A DNA stretch of 64,000 nucleotides from Perna viridis (Eukaryota), in assembly GCA_037379345.1 (NCBI GenBank), contig CM074516.1, positions 10,974,001 through 11,038,000 of the forward strand, given 5' to 3'. Made by a program: the position numbers and the translations under genes. This document shows positions 39,849-50,416 of the stretch, piece after piece. Within the stretch, counting starts at the first letter, position 1; each line of letters begins with the position of its first letter. Under the pieces are notes generated by a model. That model saw only the letters and a program-made list of their open reading frames with translations, had not been told where the DNA came from and did no database searches.

Positions 39849-40470
39849 GGACAACTCCTGGCTGAGACAAAGGCCTCTTTGATAATAGATGACCCCACGA
39901 TCCATTCTTTCACAGCATTTCCTACAAACCTGATATAGCAATGAGCTAACGTGTTTGCAGGAAAGCATGGGAACATAATTAAAATTAAACTAAGATACGA
40001 TATTTAATGTCTTGTATAACCTTTGCATGTATTGGACCTCAAATGACCAAGGCGCATTTTTTCATCATCCGAAACACCTTCAACTGATAAATTTGTTGCC
40101 GTCCCAACGCAAAATGAATGTGAACTGAACCTGTGCTGTAGAATGCCAAATACACTGAGTGACTTCGTCAATAAAGTCACAAATTGGTTGCGAGACAAAG
40201 GTCTAACATCAAAATGACAAAAACAGTGGACATGAAATCAATTCAATGAAATCCTGAACTAGTCTGACATGGTAAATTGACAATTCATTAGCAGAGTGTA
40301 TAAAAACAGTTGTACCACTGTTTTAGATGTAAGTTTTAGATGATCTGTTTTAGAGGAGATAATATCTATTTAAGGAACTGCCAAAAACTGCAATGTTTGT
40401 ATTCAATAATGTGTGTTTGTGTATGTTATTAGTAACTGTCAACTCTCCAATTCTAAATAAACCATAGTAT
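39345..40470 (-). mobile_element. DIRS/Ngaro-type tyrosine-recombinase retrotransposon relic (YR plus SGNH-hydrolase-like ORF)
   Basis: YYGLFRIGELT (~40469), SKTD, HSFCVGTAT..LGHLRS; downstream WIVGSS..WWHGRSG..HVAGN..LWSQELPR..DDVHFTPLGN. Confidence 0.8.
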
Positions 40471-41056
40471 GATAGGACAGTACTTAGACATTATTGATTA
40501 AATTGTTATTGTTGAGAAAGGGAGCAATGTATAATGACTTTAAGAATTAATATTGTCTATGTTAACTATAAATTGAATTATATGCATGTACGGGTAAACA
40601 TGTACGGGTAAACTGGACACATAGAATGTTTATGTCAAGATTCACATTGATTGATGGATGTGTCTTATATAATTGAATGGTATATATATTTGAACATGTT
40701 GTATATTCGGGGAGCGTAACAAGTAATGAGCAAGTCAAAAGAAATGCAATTATACCTAGAGGTAAAAAAAAATACTTGTACACAAATAATAAATCGGCGG
40801 GTAAACTGGACACATAGAATGTTTATGTCCAGATTCACATTGATTGAATGATGTGTCTTATATAATTGAATAGTATATATATTTGAACGGAGGGCTCGCT
40901 TTTACTCTTGAACATGTTGTATATTCGGAGAGCTCGCTTTTACTCTTGAACATGTTGTATATTCGGAGAGCTCGCTTTTACTCTTGTAATAAACGTTACA
41001 GTCAGTTTTACTTGTCTTGGAATTATTCATCCGTACCAGACTGTACCACATATTTT

Positions 41057-41068
41057 TGGTGCCGTGAC
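41057..41068 (+). promoter_or_regulatory. Primer-binding site complementary to tRNA-His 3' end
   Basis: TGGTGCCGTGAC, 6 nt after the LTR-terminal CA; matches the eukaryotic tRNA-His end ..GUCACGGCACCA. Confidence 0.8.
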
Positions 41069-41126
41069 AGTTCGTTCCTGAAAGTAAGTCGCTTTAATGT
41101 TATGTTAGATTTTGTTTTCTGTTACA

Positions 41127-42087
41127 ATGACTTACCAAAATCCATTTGATGGTTTGACTGCACAATTAGCTAGCTTGTCGAATTCAGTTAATGTACAAAC
41201 AGTTCTTGACCGTATTAAACCTTTTTACGGGGATTCAAAAGATTTTAAAGGTTGGGTTAAGGCTCTAGAAAAACATGCTTTTATCAGTAAGATACCTGCT
41301 ATTGAAATTAAACAATTAGCTTTCTTGACTTCGAAGGGTTATGTAAGTGACACAATTCAACGAAGGCTTACGAATTTTCCAGAAGAAACTTGGGACGGGT
41401 TAAAGAAAGAATTGAATGCTCGTTTAGGTACTTTTCTGATGCTCATTTCGCGGGAACCATGCTAAGAAGAATTAGGCAAAAACATGATGAAAATGTTCAA
41501 TTGTTTTCTGAAAGGTTATTAAATCTGAATGAGGAAGCATATGGTAATCTGCCGGGGGGAATTGATGCTCATGAACTTTAAATTTTGCTGTTAAAAGTGC
41601 CACTAAAGAACAAAATTTAAGGCAACGATTTTCATTAAGAACAGATAGAGTTCATCACTGGTCTCAGTCAAGTGACCCCAATGCTAGGCAATGCTTTGAT
41701 AGGCAGTGTAGGCGTCCCTATAATCACAACGTTGATCATGAAGAATCCTCGCACGAACCCATGGAGGTTGATAGCTTTCAAAGGTGTAATAAGTGTAAAA
41801 AGTTTGGACATAATGTGGAATTTTGTAGATCTTCCTCTAAATTACCTTTAGGGCAACCATATAATTTCAGAAATGGTTATAAACGACAGGGGTATTCACA
41901 GGCTGCACATGTACCTTTACATAATCCAAATTTTTCAGACCACAGATTCAGCAATAGTCCACGTGTTCCTTTATATAATCCACAGGACTCTGCTCAAAGA
42001 TTCCAAAATCGGACTTTGTTAAAATGTTATCGATGTCAGAAACCTGGTCATATTTCCACCCAATTGTCCACTTCCACCACCTCATAG
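41127..42087 (+). pseudogene. Gypsy gag (frameshifted)
   Basis: IKPFYGDSKDFKGW, QKHDENVQLFSERL, EPMEVD, CNKCKKFGHNVEFC, CYRCQKPGH. Confidence 0.85.
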
Positions 42088-42239
42088 AACTCAGTCAAAC
42101 TAAAGCTTTCTCTTTATTCCGGAAGCGATAAGGGGAAGAAAATACGTGTCAAGAAATTAAAAAAATTGAAGGGTCAAAATTTTAAAATTAATTTAGCGGG
42201 TACACCACGTTCCTGTTTATTCGAATTCAAAATCGTTAT

Positions 42240-43900
42240 CTCCGAACTCTTATCGACACAGAAGCAGAAATTAGTATTTTGAATAATAGAATTTTTAATT
42301 CTTTGAGAAATAAACCCCATTTGAAATTTGTTAGGGTGCATGTTCAAGGGGTTGACGGGTCTGCATTACATGTTCAAGGAGTTTGTGAACTTCAGTTTAA
42401 AATTGGCATGGAAATTTTGACACATCAATTTTATGTGGTTAAAAACGTAAATAGGAATATTATTTTAGGCAGGGATTGGCTTTCAAAATATGGGGTGAGG
42501 TTATATTATGATTTGCATTCTTTGAAAATTAATAGTTCATATGTACCTTTAGAGAACGACACGCGTATAGCTTCCATGGTACGATTGTCGGCTAGCACAG
42601 TTTTAAAACCTCAACGAGTTTATGTCTGTCAAGCTAGATTAAAGCATAACCCGAGTTTTAAAAAATGTCAGTTTATTCAAATAGAAGCTGCAGATGCAGG
42701 TTTTCTTGCTTCTCATCCGGGTATTATGTTAGGGAATAGTTTAGTTCAAATACGTCAAAGTAGACGTTTTCCACTCATGATTGCGAACAATACAAATCAA
42801 ACGGTACATCTTAGGCGTGGGTGTTGTTTGGGTTACGTTCATACAATTTCCGAGGAAACTATATCGGAAACGGACATGTCGAATTTTGTATCACGGGGCG
42901 AGCCGGATATAAATATTGAAATCAATGCGATTAGCAAATCTGAATTAGAAAAGCATGTCCAGGTGCCAGATGAATTTGGGGATCAAATTAATGAGTTGAT
43001 TATAGCTAATGAGGGTGTGTTCGCACAAACTGATAGGGATTTAGGTATGACTAAGACTTTGAAAATGTCCATTGATACTGGGGATCACCCACCAATTCGG
43101 CTCCGTCCTTAAAGGGTGCCATTGCATTATCGTCATGAAGTAGATGAGTGTATTGATAAAATGCTTGACGCAAATGTAATCAAAGAATTTGATTCACCAT
43201 GGGCTTTTCCTTTAGTAGTTGTAAAGAAAAAAGATGGGACTTTGAGAATTTGTTGTGATTTTCGGAAATTGAACAAAATTACAAAGACTAAGAGTTGGCC
43301 GTTGCCTTTGATAGACGATATTCTCTCGCTGTTAGGAAATGCAGTATATATGTCTTCTCTTGACGCCAGATCTGCGTATTGGGCAGTTGAATTAGATGAA
43401 GAGGCTAAGCAGAAAGCATCCTTCACATGCCCGCAAGGTGTATTTTCTTTTAACGTCATGCCGTTTGGACTTTGTAATGCTCCTTCTGTTTTTCAGCAGT
43501 TAATGTCTATTGTGTTAAAGGGTTGTCAAAAGTTTGCGATTGCCTATCTTGATGATATTCTAGTATTTTCTAGGTCGGCTGAAGAACACATGCGTCATTT
43601 ACAAATGATTTTTGATCGATTGCGAGAACACAATATTAGGTTGAAATTAAAGAAGTGTTCATTTTTGCAAAAAAGAAACTAATTATTTAGGATTTGTCAT
43701 TACAGAGACCGGTATTAAACTAGATTTACAGAAAGTAAAGGCAATTAGAGAATTTCCACCTCCAAAAACGGTAAAAGAGGTTCGAGCTGCTCTCGGACTT
43801 TTCAATTGGTATAGGCGGTTTTTCAGTGGTTTTTCTGAACTTGCTATTCCTCTTGTTGAACTAACCAAGAAAAACGTTTGTATGGTCTGAAGAACAACAA
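42240..43900 (+). pseudogene. Gypsy pol (protease-RT), truncated
   Basis: ORFs 42279-43112 and 43116-43682; SPWAFP, YLDDILVFS. Confidence 0.9.
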
Positions 43901-43973
43901 AAAGCTTTTGATTTATTAAAGTCCAAGTTATGCGCAGGTCCATTGTTAAATCACCCAGATGTGTCAAAAGATT

Positions 43974-44215
43974 GAATATACAACATGTTCAAATATATAT
44001 ACCATTCAATTATATAAGACACATCCATCAATCAATGTGAATCTTGACATAAACATTCTATGTGTCCAGTTTACCCGTACATGTTTACCCGTACATGCAT
44101 ATAATTCAATTTATAGTTAACATAGACAATATTAATTCTTAAAGTCATTATACATTCCTCCCTTTCTCAACAATAACAATTTAATCAATAATGTCTAAGT
44201 ACTGTCATATCATAA
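43974..44215 (-). repeat. Inverted copy of the LTR 5' part (40468-40708)
   Basis: Reverse complement match of ~240 bp with few mismatches. Confidence 0.9.
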
Positions 44216-44265
44216 TAGTAGGCGAGTGAAAATGCAGCTGTCAACAAGCATAATTCATATTGCAA

Positions 44266-46711
44266 CTTAATAATAATAATAAGAAACACAGTAAAAGCAA
44301 TAAGTCACCGCCACTTCGTGGTCGGCGACTTAATAACAAGTTTATAACATGTGGATGAAATTAACACTGCTTCCCAGAGGGGGCACCTTATTTTGGATGG
44401 CTGTCATTTTGAAAGGCATGCAGCCATCTGTAATGATAAAAATATGAAACTTTTTCGCACTTATATGGTTTTATATCTTTTACGTTTGGTAAAGATATCT
44501 CAAGTCTTTTTTCCTACATAAAGGAAAAAGATCAGAAAAATATAAAAAAAATCATTTTGTTCATTACCATGGCAAAAGATGAAATATCGATTCACTTTTT
44601 TGCATAACATTGTAGAGCTCGCCAAACTCTACCACCACACCAATTTTCAAGTTCCTGGCCACCTAGGTTTCAGTGATATCGCAGAAGAAACGGAGCAAAA
44701 AAGTAAGTCGCAAAACTTCATTTTAGCGACTTAATAAATAGTTATACCGATAATCATTGACATTATTACAAGCTCAACCACGTTAAAACCGTATAGAACT
44801 AAACAGTACATATACACTTTACCAGCAATTCTCAAAACAAAACAAAAGAAAAAAAAAAAAAAACAAATTAAAACAATAACAACCAATTACACGTGTCAGG
44901 TAGGTACGAAAAAAGCTAATGATGACACATTATTATACAGTGGCAAAGATCAAAACATGAGAGGTTTAAATGGAAATAACTTGGCTTACATTTTTTCTCG
45001 GTATTTTTGTTTTGTTGTTTCCTGTTTTTTGTTGCGCGTGTCCTTTTTACCTATACATATTTCATCCCTGGATGCATTCTTTTGATTTTGATTTTTGGAG
45101 TCTTGTTTCACTTGATCACGTTTGATATAAAGTGTATATGATTTCGATAGAAAAAAACTTTGAAAAAATGACAAAACCTCTTTTACATTTTAGACAAATA
45201 GCAAAACATTTTAAGTAACACTCTAGATAACCTCTACATAATCATGTGTTTAACAACTGACAGAAGTCAAATATTGTTACATACAGTAATAACTTTAGGC
45301 AAATTAATCTTGCAACAAAATGTATGCAAAATACAAACTTACAAATGGAATTTTGTGTGAAAAATGCAATGCACGAGTGATTTATCTTTGATTCGATTTT
45401 CATTGCCTCGTGACCACGATGTAAATCGTGAGTCATCTGCTCTATGCATCAATATGTTTCATACTATCAAGGCAAATAGCAACGGGAGAAGCAGATAAAT
45501 TTTCTCTGCTATTTGTTGAAAATAACCATTTATAAATTATTTGTAACAACTGAACAATTTGAAAACTGACAACCAAAATATAGAACTTCAAATACTCGAT
45601 TATATTCAGCACAGAACCATGGACGTCAAAATTGGAACAAACCCAATTTATACAGAGTACGCTTACTCATGGTTTTGGCGCCTTATCCCTACCTCTACAC
45701 AGCGACAACACGTGTTCAGAAACACAATCGATATAGATGTATTACCTTACTTTATCATTTTGCATCTTTTTATAGAAGCCGAGTGAGAGCTAGTTGACTT
45801 TAACTATGCATATCAATCTGATTGATACAACATCGAAAAAACGTGACGTACTAATTAAAAGGAGCTTAAAAATAAAGTTCTGCTTTCGATAAAAAAGAAA
45901 AAAAAACAAACAAACCAACAAACCAAAATAAATAAATTAATAAATAAATAATAAAAAATTAAATAGATAAAACATAAAAAAGTGTTAATTCCGTTTTCCA
46001 TATTTGTATACTTCATCACATTTATTTGTAAACTAGACAAATCTAGTACATGTTAGTGTTCACATGCAGAAAAGGAAAATACACTTACTTTAGTTTCTTT
46101 CTGTTACCTTTCATAGTGATAGGAGTACAGTCTATCATACTGTATTTATTTCTGCCGAACAACCAATCAAAATGTTAAATTTTGTTAAGGTGTTCTTACA
46201 TAATATATTTATTACATGCATGAAAATTATACAACCAAAGTAATGAAGTAAAAGGTCTTTAACAATTGTTAATAATCTCAGTTGGACATACCAAAATTAA
46301 AAATCAGATATAGGTTTGGCGATATTTGGCCACAGCTTTTATCGACAAATACTATATAAATAGTCACACAACATAGATATATGCCTAGATGTACGGTTAA
46401 ACAATGCACCGTGGGATACACAGATGTTTGTTGATTCTATATACCGTGGGTGCAAAGCAGTGAGCCAAACATTTTAATAATTAACTGTAAATGAAACTCA
46501 TCTCAACATATTTTAATCTCATTATGTAGAAAGCCAACTTTGACTTTTCCTATATCATTACCTGCTACATGGAAGATACGAAAATTAGGTCGATCTTCAA
46601 AAGTTCCTCATGAATCTAAGCTATTTTTTCACCTGCCTTATAACCATACCACTTCTTCCGTGCCACCACAAAGAGATATCTAAACAGCCTAATCCTACGT
46701 TTACACCTCCC
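44266..46711 (+). repeat. Segmental direct duplication, copy 2; ends at the Maverick insertion
   Basis: Matches 37141-39848 up to ttacacctccc. Confidence 0.9.
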
Positions 46712-46904
46712 ACTACAAAAGGGGTTGATCGGGGACCCCCCTTTCATATCTATTTATAGATCCAAGGGTAGATCTGAGGAACATAAGGATAATGAAGAGA
46801 TCGAAGATATTAAAATTACTATGCCTGAACAACTGTCAAACTTTATTTCAAACGATCAAACGATGATAGATAAGCGACAAAGTATTGTTAAATGGATAAT
46901 AGGA
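46712..46904 (+). repeat. Maverick left TIR
   Basis: 46776-46904 is the reverse complement of 63872-64000 (4 mismatches in 129 bp); the host duplicate sequence breaks at 46711. Confidence 0.9.
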
Positions 46905-47074
46905 ATGGTATTGTTAGCCATGATTTCAATCACATTAGGCATAACAAATAAAACTGTTTTGAAAGAGGTGGATTTTACATCAGATTGTATCAAAATTGCA
47001 TCTCAAAAGGGATACCAATATATTAATTTCACAAAGTAATCTTATGCATTCAAAAACATTTGAATCAATATCTT

Positions 47075-47209
47075 NNNNNNNNNNNNNNNNNNNNNNNNNN
47101 NNNNNNNNNNNNNNNNNNNNNNNNNNNNNNNNNNNNNNNNNNNNNNNNNNNNNNNNNNNNNNNNNNNNNNNNNNNNNNNNNNNNNNNNNNNNNNNNNNNN
47201 NNNNNNNNN
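47075..47209. other. Assembly gap (135 N)
   Basis: Run of N. Confidence 1.
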
Positions 47210-47224
47210 GTATTTGAGTAGAAC

Positions 47225-47473
47225 ATGAATTCGAACACGGATGAATTGTACAAATGCATCAACATTGATGACAAAGAAAATAAGATCAACTGGACGAACA
47301 TGGATGATACCACCTTTCAAATCTACGAACGTATAGTATCTACAATGTTTAATGACGGAATAATAAACTGGGGGCGAATACTAACCTTGTTTGTTTTTAC
47401 AAGGAAATTATGTCATGAGAATCCTCAATATTCAGAAAGGTTATGGGCTGTGTATTACAGATCAGTAAAATGA
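47225..47473 (+). CDS. Small Bcl-2-family-like protein (BH1 motif), Maverick-encoded
   Basis: IVSTMFNDGIINWGRILTLFVF matches the BH1 consensus (LFxDGxxNWGRIxxxFxF). Confidence 0.7.
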   Translation: MNSNTDELYKCINIDDKENKINWTNMDDTTFQIYERIVSTMFNDGIINWGRILTLFVFTRKLCHENPQYSERLWAVYYRSVK

Positions 47474-47656
47474 TTAAAATAGTATCTTGTAGGAAAAGAC
47501 ATTTTACATCAGTGTAGAAAAAGGGAGACCTTATAACATTTTGTAATTTTATACTTAGTATCCATGATTAGCGATATCGGTACCGTTATATAATATTTAC
47601 CAACCGTGACACTCTTTGGGTATAAATAAGCTTTTGGACAACATTTATCTTTACAA

Positions 47657-48518
47657 ATGGGTTTCGACAGAGAAAAAACAATTTTTAACTGTGGTTGTTA
47701 CTTAGAATACTATTCACACGATTTCTTCAATTATCAAAAGGATCATAGATTTTTCAACGTCTGTGGTAAACATCCTAATCAAAAAGCTGCAATGGAAATT
47801 CAAAAGTCGCCACATGAATTAGGAACCGAACAAAACCGAGCAGCAATGGAAATTCAAAAGTCACCACAGGTATTAGGACCCGACCAAAACGCACCCTTTG
47901 ACAAGTCTGATGACATATTTACATGTTACGATGGAAGATGTTTCATCAATCTACTTGATAATTTATATGTGGTCGCCAAAGAATTCAATAAAAAAAATGC
48001 TAATACACATTAGACACTTTGACGAAACAGGACAGAATAAAATTCCTACAAAAAAAGGGGTAACATTTAATCTATCCAGATGGTTATTATTGGAGAGTAA
48101 AATGGATGACATAAACACCCTGTTTCTGAAATCACTGTCAGGCGATGAGATGGAAACATACCGACTACATTTAGGAGGAGGTGTTCACGTCACAGTTGAT
48201 CCAAAATTTCCAACGGTAGATATACGACACTTTTGGAAACCATCGGACTCAGATAAACCAGTGCCAACAAAAAAAGGAGTGGCTCTCAACAGAAAGAAAT
48301 GGATTCGTTTGTGCGACACAGTACAAGTTATGAGAGAGTTTGTACCTGAACTGAATACAACGGCTGTTTGTTTCGATTCACATCTCAACGATCTTGAAGC
48401 ATTATCATGTAAAGAATGTTTCCCCTTTGAAAAAGAAGAGGAATGGAAAGAACTTTTACCAAATCTAGAAGAAGACGACGCCGACCATACACAACCTTTA
48501 CCAACAGAGGACAAGTAA
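47657..48518 (+). CDS. Tandem PC4-like ssDNA-binding protein with a +1 frameshift in the A8 run at 47990-47997
   Basis: Two repeats: LYVVAKEFNKK/MLIHIRHF..PTKKGVTFNLSRW and VHVTVDPKFPTVDIRHFW..PTKKGVALNRKKW; TATA (tataaataa) at 47621; AATAAA at ~48577. Confidence 0.75.
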
Positions 48519-48729
48519 TAATAATACAAGACGTTGTTCATATATCTGACATTTTAATTTTTATCATTAGTTAGTCAATAAAATAATGTTTCCTATTTTT
48601 TTGTGTTGTTGTTTTTATAATGATAGAGGTAAAAACAAAACAAACCAAAATAAATAAAAGCTCGTGAAAAACCAACAGTTACTCATTTGAACATCCATTG
48701 ACCCAACCGGTACCACAAAAAAAAAATGT

Positions 48730-49944
48730 ATGAAAAATAAAGAAAAATTCAGTTTGAAAAAAAAAAACACCGAGATGACGTATCAGGAGAAACGTAAATA
48801 TGTTCTTAAAATATGGACTGACCCTGCACATCCTGCAACATTTACAGGGCCTGAAAAACTATATACTGTTATACGTAAAGAGGGAAAATACAACATTGGT
48901 TTAGGAACAATTAAGAAAATATTATCTAATAAGGAGTCTTACACTGTGCAGAAACCAGTGCGACGAGCATTTGCACGGAACAGAGTTATTGTCAGTGGTC
49001 TCGATGATCAATGGGACATGGATTTAGCCTCCATGGAAAACGTAGCTCAATACAACGACAACGTTAAATTTTTACTGATAGTCATAGATATTTTTTCAAG
49101 ATATTTAATGGTCAGGCCTTTAAAAAATAAAAAAAGTTCTTCAGTAGCCGATGCCATTAAAAACATTCTAAAAGACCACAAAAACAGGAGACCCCTTGTT
49201 ATACGTGCGGACCAGGGTGGTGAATTCAAATCAGAAGTGAAAAAAATCTTAACAAAACAGCATATTCATATTTTCTACACACATAACTCTACTATAAAGA
49301 GTTCATACGCTGAGCGTGCGATACGTACACTGAAAGGGAAAATTTATTCTTTTTTCATGGAAAAACAAACATATAGATATATAGACGTTCTGCAAAAGAT
49401 CGTTAGTAGCTATAACCACTCCCCTCATCAATCTTTAGGGGGATATACACCATCATCTATTAACAAAACTAACGAAGACGAAATGAGATACGTGCAATAT
49501 ATTGTGCGAATAAAAAAGATGAAAGGAAAACCAACTAACACACCTATAAAACTAAAAGCAAGTACTCAAAAGAAAAAGAAGAAGAAGAAACCGTTTTACA
49601 AATTTAAGCTGGCCGATTTCGTAAGAGTATCACATTTAAAAAGAACATTTGAAAAAGGTTATCAAGAAAAATGGACTATGGAATATTTCAAAATCGTGAA
49701 GAGATTCAAAAGGGGAAACAAAGATATGTACATGATAGCAGACATAGACGGTGACAAAATCAAGGGTACATTCTACAGATACGAATTACAAAAAATAGAT
49801 AAAACCGAAACCGATACCTACAAGATTGAAAAAATAATCAAACGGAAGAAAATAGATGGTACAAAACATGTTTTGGTAAAATGGTTGGGTTGGCCAGTGA
49901 AATTCAACTCATGGGTTCCAGAGGCCGATGTTAAGGATATATAA
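48730..49944 (+). CDS. Retroviral-like (rve) integrase with C-terminal chromodomain
   Basis: WDMDL, IDIFSRY, ADQGGEF, AERAIRTLK (DDE); chromodomain YKIEKII..LVKWLGWPVKFNSWV. Confidence 0.95.
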   Translation: MKNKEKFSLKKKNTEMTYQEKRKYVLKIWTDPAHPATFTGPEKLYTVIRKEGKYNIGLGTIKKILSNKESYTVQKPVRRAFARNRVIVSGLDDQWDMDLASMENVAQYNDNVKFLLIVIDIFSRYLMVRPLKNKKSSSVADAIKNILKDHKNRRPLVIRADQGGEFKSEVKKILTKQHIHIFYTHNSTIKSSYAERAIRTLKGKIYSFFMEKQTYRYIDVLQKIVSSYNHSPHQSLGGYTPSSINKTNEDEMRYVQYIVRIKKMKGKPTNTPIKLKASTQKKKKKKKPFYKFKLADFVRVSHLKRTFEKGYQEKWTMEYFKIVKRFKRGNKDMYMIADIDGDKIKGTFYRYELQKIDKTETDTYKIEKIIKRKKIDGTKHVLVKWLGWPVKFNSWVPEADVKDI

Positions 49945-49983
49945 CATTAATCTAATACTATATTCCATACATTTGAGGCAGAG

Positions 49984-50409
49984 ATGAGCTTGAGAATGGT
50001 ACTATCTTCCGAGGACGGAAAGAGTTTTAATCCTAGTAATACCCCATACGACTTTAGAATTAAACTGAATAGGGCTTTACAGTTTGATGGTTATTGGGAA
50101 GTGGCTTTAACAGAAATTAGAATTTCCCAGGAAGATCAGAAAGAAGACACCGCATTGTTCGTGTGTTCGGATATTTGTCAAGACAGTATTGTCGGAACTT
50201 CAGAACAGCCTTTATTAAGAAGAGTATTTTTTGACGACGTAAATGGAAAAAATGTAGTATATACGCATCCGTATTACGTACCGCTAAAATTGAGAGATGT
50301 TCAACAAATTCGTATCTATATTAAAGAAGGAAGCAGCGCTGATGCTTTATTTTTGAAAAAGAAAGTGACGGTGACACTTCACTTTAAAAAATTCCCCTTT
50401 CTTTCGTAA
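49984..50409 (+). CDS. Minor capsid (penton)-like single jelly-roll protein, compact
   Basis: SS...FNPSNTPYDFRIKL..GYWEVALTEI, FVCSDIC..SIVG...PLLRRV, PYYVPL, VTLHFK: Polinton penton pattern. Confidence 0.75.
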   Translation: MSLRMVLSSEDGKSFNPSNTPYDFRIKLNRALQFDGYWEVALTEIRISQEDQKEDTALFVCSDICQDSIVGTSEQPLLRRVFFDDVNGKNVVYTHPYYVPLKLRDVQQIRIYIKEGSSADALFLKKKVTVTLHFKKFPFLS

Positions 50410-50416
50410 AACAGAA

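Larger units (their letters stand above)
40470..43970 (+). mobile_element. Ty3/Gypsy LTR retrotransposon, 3'-truncated, inserted in the YR gene
   Basis: LTR ~40470-41050 ending CA, PBS, gag from ATG 41127 with two zinc knuckles, protease (LIDT; ILGRDWL), RT (CCDFRKLN, MPFGL, YLDD). Confidence 0.9.

Noticed and set aside
46996-47320. ORFs spanning the N run
   Set aside because: Artefacts of the assembly gap.
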